A stretch of 63,727 bases of DNA, filler included, from Cercozoa sp. M6MM (taxonomy: Eukaryota; Protista; Endomyxa: Ascetosporea): NCBI GenBank assembly GCA_040357565.1. It is 10 parts of 10 records of this genome, joined end to end, with 100 filler letters (N's around TTAATTAATTAA, not from the genome) between each part and the next. Parts side by side here need not be neighbours in the genome. Positions count along the whole stretch, not along the records: positions 35,995 to 47,728 come from JBDODJ010000395.1; positions 47,829 to 54,344 come from JBDODJ010000729.1; 8 more parts are not named here. One strand, given 5' to 3'. Made by a program: the position numbers and the translations under genes. The notes beneath the pieces are model-generated. The model ran no database searches. It saw nothing but the letters and a program-made list of their open reading frames with translations, and had not been told where the DNA came from. Position 1 is the first letter of the stretch. Each line of letters opens with the position of its first letter. Shown piece by piece: positions 37,737-51,589 of this stretch.

Positions 37737-39113
37737 TTAACGACCGCCAGTTGTGGCGACAAAGTGCCGCTTGCTGCCCTTGGCGGCCAGCACGGCCTGC
37801 ATGGCGGCGCTACTGTCCTTGATGGCCTGGTGCTTCTGCCGACTCTGCTGGACGAGACGACGCACCCGATCAGCGTCGGTGACGGCAGGTGCCTTGGCAG
37901 CGGCCACGGCGGCCTGCACGCGCGCACGCTCCTGCTGCTTCTCGAGTCGGCGCTGCTGCTTGCGTCGTCGCTTGGCCGCACGTTCGTCCGTGTCGTCCTG
38001 TTGCTCGTCTTGCTCCTGGTTCGGATCTGAGTCCTGCTTGGCGAGTTTCTTGAGGGCACGGCGGCGTTTCTTGGCCGCCTTGAGTGCGAGACGGCGCTGC
38101 TCGAGTCGGCGGAACTGCTCGTCGAGCTGCTCGCCCTGCGGGAAGAGTGGGATCACGCGCCACTCGGTATGCACGTCGCTCGGAAAGGCGAGCTGACACA
38201 CGGCGCACGCACGCGCACTTTCGCCTTGCGTCACGGCCGCTTGCTCCTGCTGCCGGTGCGCCGCTTGCGACAGCACGCAGCCGCAGTGCGGGTACGCCAC
38301 GAACGGACGCTGTCCATTGGCCGGCAACAGCAGCAACGGACAACGGAAGGCCGCCTTTCGCTCTTCTTCGCTCGCTGCGGCGTCGCTTTCGATTCGCTCA
38401 AGTTTCACATCGAAAAAATCCGATGTGCCTTTGATGTGCTCTACAAGACACACACACACTTTCATTCATCGAAACAAATCAAAAACAATCGAAGTACTCA
38501 GAGAAGGCGGCAGAATTTTCGTGGGTGTCAACAGGTACTCGAGCAAAGCTTCTTTACGCATCAACCGGCCGAGGTAGTCGCATACAATCGCACCTGTCCA
38601 ACACGTAACATCCAAAGTGTGAAGTTTCATTAGCTTTCAAATTCCAGCATTCAAGCTTCCAAAATTTGAGCTTTCTAATTTTAGAGTGAAAGACGTGAAC
38701 GAGCGTACCATCGAGTGGCTGGGCAGTCAGAAAACACGTGCGAAAAGTGTCTTCGCGCGACAGACCGGCACTCTTTGCGTCTGCTGAGATCTGTACAAAA
38801 GCAAAAAATCGGTCCCGAAAGGCGAAAAACACCAAAGCGAATCTACCCGTTTCTTTTGCGTAAAAGCAAGGTCAGAACGCTTCGGAATCGAACCACCGTC
38901 GCCACCGCCGCCTAGAAGTCGCAGATTCAGACGTAAATGCTCATCAGTCGAAAGGACAGCGCCCGCGCGGACGGGTCTTCCTTGTGATTGGGCCCAAACA
39001 AGCGAGGAAGGCACACCCAAACGAGCACACGCAGCCTGCAAAGCGGTTGAGACGTCCACCTCATCACCAGGCAGGTCAACGCTGACACTTTGGTTGAGAA
39101 ATGTGACCAACAT
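37737..39113 (-). CDS. RTF2: Rtf2 (replication termination factor 2, RING-like) with N-terminal ubiquitin-like domain
   Basis: ...LRLNLRLLGG-GGDGGSIPKRSDL|...TCFLTAQPLD|GAIVCDYLGRLMRKEALLEYLL|KHIKG..., FRCPLL...NGQRPFVAYPHCGCVLS...CAVCQLAF. Three introns splice in phase. Confidence 0.92.
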
Positions 39114-39390
39114 GCTACGCCACAAAAACAGAAAGATAAATCTTCTCTCGACATCAAAAACGACATAAAATACGGCTTATGGAACTGGTTTACGTGTTAA
39201 AAGTATCAGACAACGCGCCAGAACTGTCTAGACGCGCCCAACGAGACACTTACGATTCTCCCTTCCTTTCGGCTCTTGCCTTCGGCTCAGAATTCCAAAA
39301 TGATAGTATCAACATGGCTCAGCGGGTGCAGCGTTGTTAGCATTGACCGTTACTAGTGGTGAGCACTTTCAATTTAATCTCGTTGCCGAG

Positions 39391-41169
39391 ATGAAATTGT
39401 TTGGGACCTTTCTGCTCGCTCTCAATGTTGTGGTACACAGCCTGGCTGCATTCTGTTGACTGATCCTGCTTGAACCATGCGTTGACTGTCTGAAAATCGC
39501 AGGCGCAACAGACCGTAGAGCTGAGCGATGCACTGCAACACGTGGAGCTGCCAGTGGTGCCGGAGCAGGATGTTGTCAGTGTGCACGTGCGACTGGACGG
39601 ACTCTCTGCCGTGCTGGTCAAGATGAGCAGCGACTCTGACGCTTTCCAACGCACGGTGCTTGCGCACGCGTCGCAGGTTCGAATGGAAGGCGACAAAACC
39701 GAATTCGACGCCAAAGCCGGTATTTTTCGAGTTGAGTTGAGTTGCTTTGCTTTGAGTTCAGTTGCTTTGCTTTTGAGTTGAGTTAATTTTGAGTTGAGTT
39801 GAGTTGAGTTGAGTTGAGTTGCTTTGCTTTGAGTTGAGTTGAGTTGAGTTGCGTTGCATTGCTTTGAGTTGCTTTGAGTAGTATTGGGTGAACAGGCGAG
39901 TCGGTGTCGTTTGAAGTGCCCGAAATTCCAGCGACAGGCGACGCAATCGCCACGCAGCACGAGTGGCGCTCGAGTGGTATGGATGCCTACTCGGTGCCGT
40001 CGTTCTGCAACGCCGACTTTCGCGGCGTTTTTCTGGTGCGCGATATGTCGCAACGCAGCTCTCTGATCAGCAACAAGCAGGACCTGGTCAAGAACGGCGG
40101 CGACATTGACTTCGAGCGGCAGGACCTTCTGGTGTTCTGCACCGGCAGTCGGCCTACGTCGGGCTACCTGCCCTCGATCGCGAGTGTGCGCGAGTGCGGC
40201 GACGCCGTCTGCGTTCAGCTGCGCGAAGAAACGCCGAAAGCACCAGCTTTGCAACAGATCACGCATCCTTTCGCTGCTGTCGTCATTTCGAAACTGTAGC
40301 TTTCACTCTCGCGACTCTTTCGCTTACAGCTTTGTCGCAAAGCTATGTCGCAAAGCAACGCTTTTTTGGTGTTGTTGCAGCAAGAAGCCGCTTGTGGCCG
40401 TGTACGAGAAGCCGGACGCGCCTGGCGAAATCGCGTTCGCCGAACTCATGCTTCTGGCCGAGTTGAAGTGGCTTGCAAGTGGTCGGTTTCGCTTTAGCTT
40501 TCGCCACTACGTGAATTGTCGCTTTAATTTCGCTTGGTTTGCTTTTGGTTTCGCTTGTTTCGCTTTAGTTTCGCTTGTTTCGCTTTGTCTCGCTTCAATT
40601 TCGCCCCTTTGTTTCACTTTGATTTCGCCTTGTTTTTTTTTCTACTTTGTTTGACTGTAGTGATTGAGCGATTTAGCATTTCGCTGCCGCGCTTCGTTTC
40701 GTTCCGTCGCTACGCGGGTCTTTTGATCGGTGGTCACGTGGTGACCTTCGTGTCGCTGTATCTGACACTGGCGCTCGCTGTTGCCGTTGCTTTTGGCGTG
40801 TCGCTGCAGGAGAAGCTTTGGAGCAGCGCCGACGTTGAAAGCGTCAACAAGAAGGACGAAACGCCGACTGCAGCGACTGAAGCGAGCGAATCAGAAAGTG
40901 CTGACTCAAGCATTGAGTCTGAAGAACCGCAACGACTCAAGAAACGACGAGCGAAAGCGACGCCAACTCGTAAGACACCGACTCGAACTCGAAAGACACC
41001 GGCGCAAGGCCAAGCCGCTGCTGCTGCAAAGAAAGTCAAGGCGCCGAAACAAAGCCAACACGAAGAAAGCGAAGAAACGCTCGGCGCTCGCTTGCGACGC
41101 CGTCCGTCGCGACGTGCGGCCGTCGAGGCACGCAAACATTTTCAGGACGACCGTGGAGTCACTCGCTAA
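39391..41169 (+). CDS. signal-peptide / PrcB_C-like domain / TM protein with basic cytosolic tail
   Basis: MKLFGTFLLALNVV|AQQTVEL..., then IDFERQDLLVFCTGSRPTSGYLPSIASVRECGDAVCVQLREETPKAPALQQITHPFAAVVIS, which fits the PrcB C-terminal pattern GxRPTxGY...QxITxP. TM segment VVTFVSLYLTLALAVAVAFGVSL. Confidence 0.72.
39728..39880 (+). repeat. intronic (GAGTT)n pentanucleotide repeat
   Basis: Visible directly; fills the intron at about 39720-39895. Confidence 0.9.
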
Positions 41170-41529
41170 AGAACGAGAAGTTAAGCTCAGTTGCTTGGGT
41201 GTAGGGAGTCCATGTCGTCACATTATTTGTCGCATCGCTCAAAGTACCCCGTACAGTATAACGTCCAGTTGAGACGTTGAGACAGTCGAGTGAGATTCGA
41301 TCTGCTTCAGATCGCAGACCTGAGTGGCTACAAGGAGATTTCTTCACGACCTTCTTTTCTTGGCGGGATTTCTTACGACCGTCCAGCATTTGTGTCGGAG
41401 TGTGGTGGGTGACCTGGCCTTTTTTAATCGTTTCACGCGATCGAGTGTGTGTGGAGCCTTAAAGTGTCCTCTCTTCAGCATTTTTTTGTATTTGTGTCAT
41501 TTTTGCCTCAGTGACACGAAGCGGCTGCG

Positions 41530-43514
41530 ATGGAAAGTGACGCGTGGGAGGATCTCGACAGTGACTTTGGCATCCGTGCGGACGATGCTTTGAGTGATGC
41601 CACCGTGACTTCTCTGCGGAGTTGGGTTGTGGCAGCGCGTGGTGCTACGACAGACACTGATCTGCACATTGTGGAGCTCTCATCGGACGAGGATGACGAG
41701 ATCGATCGAGTCGAAAACTCGACAGCGTTGGATTTACAGGACAGCTCTTTCGATCATTTGCCAGAGCTTGGCTTTGGTACCTTTTTTTCTTTGAGTGCCC
41801 CGAGATGTTTAAAACATTGTTTTAACTCTCGCAGATGCGCACGAGTCCGACGGTGCGGATGACGAATTCAGTGACACCGATTGCAAGAGCGAGCAAAGCG
41901 ACAATGAAACTGAGACAAACCAGGCGAAAAACGAAACTGCGGACGATTGGGGTGCCGCAGACGACGATGGCTGGGGCAACGACGATCCCGAGGCCTGGAA
42001 CCTCCCGGTAGAGGTTGAAGTTCCAGAGCAGGAGGAACGAGTCGTGAAGAAACCGGCCAAGCCCGTTGTTAGCGATCGTCACTGGCAGTGCAGCATGTGC
42101 ACCACAATCAATCGCAAGACACGTCTGTTGTGCAAGACGTGTGGCCTCCTGCAGCGCGGTGTCAAGGGTCCTGACTCGATCGCCGAGCGTTACAAGCCAC
42201 TGCTGAAGCACGGCTTTACCGTGCAGCAAGTGCTCAAAGCACAGGAGGTATCTAAACCTATTGTTAAGTTGTTCTCACATTTTTAAATTGAGAAACTGTT
42301 GCGCAGTTCTGCAACACCCCGCAGCAGATGCTTCGCTTCCTGAGCGGCACCGATCGGGACCGACACGAACTCGCCATGCAGAGTCCGAGCTACGCGGCCA
42401 AATACCGGCAACGTGCGGCACGAAAGCTCAAGAAGCAGAAGAAGAATGGCTCGGTGCCGGTATCGATGCCGTCGGGAGCTTTGGGATACCGTGGACACCG
42501 TATCCTTTTTGCTTGAGTCCTTGTATCTTGTGCCTTGTACATCAATGTTCATGTGCAGAGTGGACGCTGCGCACGTTTTTCTCGTACCTGCAGGAGTCGG
42601 AAGAAGTGCCTGTCGAACCGCGAGTTTCTGTCCGTGCTGCGGCTGTCTCAATTGCAGCTACCTCACGTCGGAGCAAGTTCGAGCAGTTGTACCACGAGCA
42701 AGATCGCACGTTGAGTCAGCTGGGTCTGTCGTCCAAGACGACGCGAAAGACTGCGCGAAAGCCGCAGCCGCACGCGCAGGATGACGAAAGCAGTTTGCGC
42801 GAAGTGTCCGAGCTCATTGGCGTCAGTGCCGGCGACGATGGCGTGCTGACGGCGACACTGCACGCGCAGCAGGACTTCCTGCTGTCGCTGGCACCCTCAC
42901 TCGAGTGCGACCTGGCCGACAGTGCGCAAAGCGAACACAGCGCCACGGTGACATTTGGCGTGCCTGCCAAGGTGCACAGTGTCTCCTCCGACGCACTGGG
43001 CGACCGCGTGGCACTCGAACTGCACCTGTCCCGTGCGCGCACACTGGCCGAACAAGTCAAGAGCACCGTGGCCTTCCTGCGTGCTCCTCCATCGCTGTCT
43101 GCTAACCAGGTGAATCTCGCCACTGTACGCACTCGACTTGAGCGGCTCCCGGTGCGAGCGACCTCGCTGGAGGCTCCGTTGGCACATGTGCACTTTTCCC
43201 GCTTCTCGGGCATGCCCGTGCTGATGTTCTACACGTCCGGAATGTCAACGGCAGCCACTTCGCACCGGCAGAAGGTAGGCACATGCACATGCCTCGTTCT
43301 CTCTTCTGCAAATTACTGTGTGCAGGGTGTGCCGATGACGTCGTCGCTGCAGGTGGCACGTATGCATGCCAGCGACGCCGAGGCGCCGATTTACGCGTGT
43401 GCCGTCCTCTTGGGCAGTCACAAGAAGCACCACGTGCGACTCATGGACGGCCTCATGACCATGCTGCTGCAGCCGGCGCGTGTGCTGCCGATCGCTCGCA
43501 TCGACCATATCTAA
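41530..43514 (+). CDS. RanBP2-type zinc finger protein with UBA-like segment and possible degenerate ART/PARP-like C-terminus
   Basis: Acidic N-terminus, then WQCSMCTTINRKTRLLCKTCG (W-x-C-x2-C-x3-N-x6-C-x2-C), then UBA-like LLKHGFTVQQVLKA. Ends ...IYACAVLLG...QPARVLPIARIDHI*. Confidence 0.7.
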
Positions 43515-43539
43515 CTTTACACAGCGTAGACTACCAGTA

Positions 43540-44819
43540 CTAACTGACAAAGGAGGCGATGGCATCGGCCATATCGCGCTCGTGCAGCTGGAGATCACGG
43601 CAGAGCTCAAAGTGCTGCCGGGCCCTCAACAGATTCTGCTGCGGCCGTGTCTTGTGGTAGTACACGTCGCCGCACAGGTAATCACTCAGGAAGCGGAGGC
43701 ACTGCATATAGCTCATGAAGGCCGGCGCCAAATGCAGCGTCGAGCACTCGGCGTGCGTCAGACGGGAGGCCGCGCGAGACAGCCAGGCCTGCGCAAACGC
43801 GCGAAACACGGCGTCGTCGAAGCGTGCCGACTCACGGAACAAGGCGCGAATCGCGTCGCCGAAGTCGCTGTGCGCCAGACCGGGCATCACCGTGTCCAGA
43901 TCGATCACGGTGGCGACACCACTCGTTGCGTCCAGCAGCACACTGCAACCCAGTCAAGTTAGACCTTTCACCGACACAAATACTTCACCCTAGCAAAGAT
44001 ACTTGTCGACATTGGTGTCGTTGTGAGTGACACGACGCGGCATCTTCTGCAACGTGTGCTGCCAGAACGACAGCATCGAAGCTTCATGCCACTTCAGCAG
44101 TTTTAGCAAGCCTCGACACTCGACGACACGGCCGCATACGTCGTTTTCCACGGCACTAACACACAACAATTCAGTCTGGTCAACAGAATCCCACAAAATA
44201 CAATGAGATACCGGTGCAGCTGCTCAACTCGCAGCGACATGTCGTGAAATCTCGGAATAGTTTCGACCAGCGCGTTCGTGTCCATGTCAGCCAACGCGCC
44301 AAAGAAACCGCCGAACGCGTCGCCAACAGCACGCGCCGTAGCCACACGATCCTCTGTCCAAACACAAAACAGAACAAACAGCATTAACTGCACAGTAAAT
44401 TAAGGAAAAATGCTTTCAACCAACCAAAGCAAGTGCGCACGTTCATGACACGACGCTGCAGTCGCCAGACCTCGCCATCGCCGACACGAAGAAACAATCG
44501 GTCAGTGCCAGGTGGCCGCACAAATTCCGGAATGCACGTGCGCTCAGATTGATTGTGCAGGTACTTCTCAATCTGTGCGATGTTCGCGTGCAGCGCTTCC
44601 ACATTCTTGAACACGCCTGTGTTGACTCGTTGCAACACAAACCACTCTAAGAGCACCTGCAAGTAGACTGCATGTTATGCATAGAAAACTAATTATACCA
44701 GAACAAGTGGTGTGCACAAAGTAGGTCCAGTTTATGCTGCCTCCCGACGTCACGGGCTCGTGGGAGGCAAGTTCATAGCCAAAATCACGTAGCACCGCTG
44801 CCAGATGCTCTCGTGTCAT
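43540..44819 (-). CDS. APH-family phosphotransferase, N-acetylhexosamine 1-kinase (NahK)-like
   Basis: Motifs GSINWTY, FVLQRVNTGVF, ETIPRFHD, RVTHNDTNVDN|VLLD, VIDLDTVMPGLAHSDFGDAIR, LRFLSDYLCGDVYY and NLLRARQ. About 4 introns. Confidence 0.88.
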
Positions 44820-45076
44820 ATGGTCCAATCTCTGAAACTCAACGCACACACAAAAAGAAAAACTGAACTTCCCAGTCATAAAATGAAACAAAGAAATCGT
44901 CTTAGATACCTTCTTTTATCTACCAGTACGCCAAGACGGGTTCCATTACAATAAAGCACCGGAAACGCACTTGCGTGCTGTTGAGGGAATTGGGAAAATA
45001 GCCATTTGAACTCAACATTAAAAACAACGAGTCGACGCAGCCAGAAGCCGAAACGCGGCCGCGGCAGGCCAGATAG

Positions 45077-47334
<2,258 letters not shown>

Positions 47335-47585
47335 TTTTTGATTTAGGGGGCCGAGTTCACAGCGTTGATCGTTTTCCTCTGCCTCCGCCACGCGCACACT
47401 CACCTGTGGCACTGGCTCGCACTTATGCGCCTTGGGCCTGTCGTACAGTCTAAAGTATGTGAGAAAATCGATCGAGATTGGGTATCGGCTCGAATGAATA
47501 TCGGCTCAATTCGAGCCAGAAGTTTGTTTTGACTAATGGGGTGTATTGTCAAGTTGTTTAGAGACATAAGCACACGTGGCACAGT

Positions 47586-47695
47586 TCACCAGTCGTCTTC
47601 GTCCTCCTCCTCGGACTCTGGCTCTTCCTCGACAGGTTCGGCCACTTCGCTGGGCGCTGCTGTCGACTGCACTGTCTGCGCCTGTCCGGGGCACG
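47586..47695 (-). CDS. last exon of an upstream gene with acidic tail (...EEEPESEEEDEDDW*)
   Basis: Open frame GQAQTVQSTAAPSEVAEPVEEEPESEEEDEDDW* at the contig end. Confidence 0.5.
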
Positions 47696-47974
47696 GGACG
47701 AAGACGACTGGTGAACTGTGCCACGTGTNNNNNNNNNNNNNNNNNNNNNNNNNNNNNNNNNNNNNNNNNNNNTTAATTAATTAANNNNNNNNNNNNNNNN
47801 NNNNNNNNNNNNNNNNNNNNNNNNNNNNGTTTACCCCTCCCCCTGTTACTCCCCTGTTTACCACCCTGTTTACCTCTTTCTTTACCCCTCGCTAGCACCC
47901 TGTTTACCCCCCTGCTTACCCCCCTGCTTACCCCCCTGCTTACCCCCCTGTTTACCCCCCCCCCCTTGTGGTAG

Positions 47975-48280
47975 AAGCCGACGCGCGACGCGCAGGAGGA
48001 GCGGCTGTTGCGACTGCTGGCGCCGTCGTCGGACTTTCGGAGAACTGCGACGTCGCGCGTGATGTGGCAGCAGGTCTTCGACGCCTCGACGCTGGACGTG
48101 CTGGCCGGCGGCTCGCTGCTGTACCCCCTAGCCTCCCTTACCCCCACCCTTCCCTACCCCTTGCCCTTCGTCCCTACCCCCATCCCCATGGTGTTAGGCG
48201 CGGCAACACATGGTCGCTGCTGACACGTGTCAAGAAGCCTCGCCTCAGGTGTGTCATTGTCTGTATAGATGTGTATATTA

Positions 48281-48340
<60 letters not shown>

Positions 48341-48440
48341 NNNNNNNNNNNNNNNNNNNNNNNNNNNNNNNNNNNNNNNNNNNNNNNNNNNNNNNNNNNN
48401 NNNNNNNNNNNNNNNNNNNNNNNNNNNNNNNNNNNNNNNN

Positions 48441-48484
<44 letters not shown>

Positions 48485-48560
48485 GTGCAGGAGTATTCGT
48501 ACGCTGCTGGACGTGCTGCTCTCGCTGCAGGCACTGTTTCAGCAACAAGCGGCACTGTAA
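47975..48560 (+). CDS. 3' exons of a hypothetical gene
   Basis: GC-rich exons between C-rich and (GT)n introns: KPTRDAQEERLLRLLAP...LAGGSLL|...|SIRTLLDVLLSLQALFQQQAAL*. Confidence 0.5.
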
Positions 48561-48744
48561 TCAGAGGGCTAGTAGTGTCATGTTACCGCAGCCCTCTCAG
48601 ATAGGCATCAGTAGAGAGACTTCAAGTTGTGTGTATGTGTCACTGGTGCATGTCGTGTGTTGCTGTTGGGCGTACCGCGACGCAGCGCGAGTGTGGCTGC
48701 GTGCTCTGCAACGAGAACGCCGACGTGACGGTAGGCCGCCGTGA

Positions 48745-48894
48745 GCTATCGAATACGATATGTTTAAGCCAAACAAAAAGAGAGGGAGTGCACCGACAAA
48801 AAAGGGAAATTTGACATTTATATTCACCCAGAAGTAACACTTCGTGGTGTGGGCGGATACGGGACCCCCAGACACACAGCCACTTCTCTTCTTT
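48745..48894. repeat. dispersed ~150-bp repeat, copy 1
   Basis: Near-identical, same orientation, to 51345-51490 (GCTATCGAATA..TGTTTAAGCCAAACAAAAAGAGAGGGAGTGCACCGAC...GGACCCCCAGAC). Confidence 0.92.
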
Positions 48895-49846
48895 TATTTC
48901 AAAACAACGCCGACAGAAAACAGTATTCTTCTACTTGCAAGTGCACGGCAACACGCCGAGTCGAGCAGTGCGGCAGCTGGACGACGTGCTGCAGGTCGGT
49001 CTACCAGGCCATTCGCTCGTCGAGATGTTCTGGATCTAGTATTGCCTGTACAAGTAGCGCTGCTAACTAACTGACAACTAGCACACAGCCGCACACAGCA
49101 GCAAACAAAGTTATAGTTCGTATAAGTTGTCAGTTTTAGCCAAAAATGCCCTGTTCCGGTGTTCCCGATCTCGCTGAGCGCAATTAGAGGTTTCGGCACG
49201 TCTATTAGACAGAAAATACTAGTGGAGTTTCAGGACTGCCCACAAAAGTGTCACTAGTCACACCGGCGCTGTGGGTGTAGAAACGCGCACCGAGTGACTG
49301 GATTTTGTTTGCAAACTTGATTTTTGTTGCGGCTCGAGAGCACGTCGGGAGGTGTGCAACGGCTTTTGTGCAGTTTTGAGACCCCGCTACACACGTCCCA
49401 CATCTAATCTAAGCACGTTCTTGCTGTGGGCGCGGCTGCTGGGCGTTTCAAGTGGGTGTGTGCAGGGTGATGGGGCGAGTGTAGTGACACTCTGGCACAC
49501 CTTGGAAGGTCGAATGGATTCCGGTGTAGCCATGTGAGTGAGTGCTCGGCACGCGATTTGTACAAAAAATTGGCCCCTTCTTTCACCACGCATTGTGTGA
49601 GTTTGAGACTTGTGATACGAGAAACTACCGAACGCCAGAGTGCACTGTGCACTATAAGAACGCTTTTTTGCGCTTTGTGAAATGGTGAGTTTTCTGTGTG
49701 CCTGCATTTCACTGTGCAACACTGTTGTTTGGTGCGTCGATGCACTGTGGGAGTGGTTTCTGGGCAGTCCGCTTCTCTTTGTCGTTTTGTGTTTTGTTTT
49801 TGTTTTTGGCCCGTCGTTTTCTGTCTTTTGTGTTGTCTTTATACAG

Positions 49847-50356
49847 TCAGGCATTCGAGTGTGCGCGCAGACTTTCCTGCGCAACCTCTTCGGGTGCCTG
49901 CGTGCACCCCGTGACAACGAGACGGCGCCGACGCCTGCAGGCCCTGGGCCGTCGTGCGAGCATGAGAAGCACCTGCTGCTGCTGCTGAACAGCGACGCGG
50001 CCGCTCGCGAGTGCTGGCATCTGCAGCTGCAGCGCCAGCAGGAGCGAGGCGCGTCTTTCCGCGTCTGCTGGAAGCGCCGGCAGCAGCAGCAGCGCCTGCA
50101 ACTGCGCCAACTCGCCGTCGAAGCTGCTGCCGCCGTTCGAGAGCGGCAGCAACGACTCGAGCGCGAGCGTCTGGAGGCACTCGAGCTCGAGCGTGAGGCG
50201 CGAGTGCTGCGCGTCGCCCGCCGTGCGCGCGAGCTGTTGCGCCACTTGCTGGAGCTCCGGCTGCAGCACGCCATCGCCGTGCGCTGCAGCACTGCGCAGC
50301 CTTGCGCACTCGAAGCGCGCTGCGGCTCGCCTCCTCACTTCCGCCGTCGTCGCTGA
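49847..50356 (+). CDS. coiled-coil-rich exon of a hypothetical gene
   Basis: Follows a polypyrimidine tract and AG. Reads ...QQRLQLRQLAVEAAAAVRERQQRLERERLEALELEREAR... with high GC3. Confidence 0.45.
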   Translation, partial: SGIRVCAQTFLRNLFGCLRAPRDNETAPTPAGPGPSCEHEKHLLLLLNSDAAARECWHLQLQRQQERGASFRVCWKRRQQQQRLQLRQLAVEAAAAVRERQQRLERERLEALELEREARVLRVARRARELLRHLLELRLQHAIAVRCSTAQPCALEARCGSPPHFRRRR

Positions 50357-51344
50357 CTGCGACAAGAGGTGACACTGCCGGCTGTGACATGTCGCACCCC
50401 TCCCCCCCCTCTCCCCCCTCCCCTCCCCCCGGTGTATTTTTACACCACCTTTTTGCTTCTTCAACACGACTTTCAACTTTCGAGTTATTATATTAACTGA
50501 ATGAGCTGCCAGTAAACTTATTTCAATTGTACTGTAAGTTGTATGTCATAATGAATGTTAACAACTTAGCACACCAGCATGAGTTTAATCGTGCCACATC
50601 ATGTCAATCACGTGCACGTCAACTTCCGTTCATGACGGAGTTTACATTGAGATGGGCAGGGCAGCACAGCTGCTACTGTAAATTACACAGTACAAGCACC
50701 GCTGCTTGTTGCAGTATAAACTTACGATCCTTAGTCGAGTGAGCGCTAGTCGCAGTGTACAGTCAGTATCCCCATGATCGGATCAGCATAGCGAGTAGTA
50801 ATTTAACTGAATGCACGGTGATTCCTTCAGTCAGCAAAAACCAACGGCAAACGGGAAAATATGGTACTCATAGGTTTCGTTTCCAACGCAAGTCCGGCGT
50901 CTGGGTGTTCCCAATACGCTCGCAGGATGGGTCATTGCGCGTACCCTACCCACAACAGAAACAAGTTAGATCTAGCACACGATGGAAGCTAACTACTGTA
51001 AACTGACGGGAACTCCAGCTAGCTTCGCTTGCTTGCGTTGGTGGCGTTCAAGTTGACCCAAATTACGGCTAACGCAACTGGACTGACGGGATTGATCGAA
51101 CGTGAAGTGTTGAGCTGAAAACGACTAAACGGTCTGGTGAGGCCCCTTGAACTTGCCGCGCGCGTTGACGAGCGACTGGTCTTGCACGAGCTGCCGGATG
51201 GCGGCGTCTGCTCAATACTACAGAAATCACATGACCAAAACGGTTCATTCTCGATAAGTCGAACTGATTCTCGCCTGACTAGTGCTGTAACTACTACGTT
51301 AGTAGACGATATATACGCCCATACGATACACATATATAATTTAC

Positions 51345-51490
51345 GCTATCGAATATGTTTAAGCCAAACAAAAAGAGAGGGAGTGCACCGACAAAAAAGG
51401 GAAATTTGAAATTTATATTCACCAGATGTATCACTTTGTGGTGTGGGCGGATACAGGACCCCCAGACGCAGCCACCTCTTCTCTTCTTTT
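51345..51490. repeat. dispersed ~150-bp repeat, copy 2
   Basis: Direct repeat of 48745-48894. Confidence 0.92.
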
Positions 51491-51589
51491 TCTTGTGTCG
51501 AGCCGCCACCGCAAGAATACAGTATGTGAAATCTGCGTTTGAGCTCAGATCACATGCTCCCTGTTTGTGCTACTAGGTTGATGCGCTAT

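Noticed and set aside
47572-47728. Perfect 33-bp inverted repeat (possible MITE or hairpin RNA)
   Set aside because: The right arm ends exactly at the contig end and copies a gene's stop region, which is typical of a fold-back chimera from amplification or assembly.
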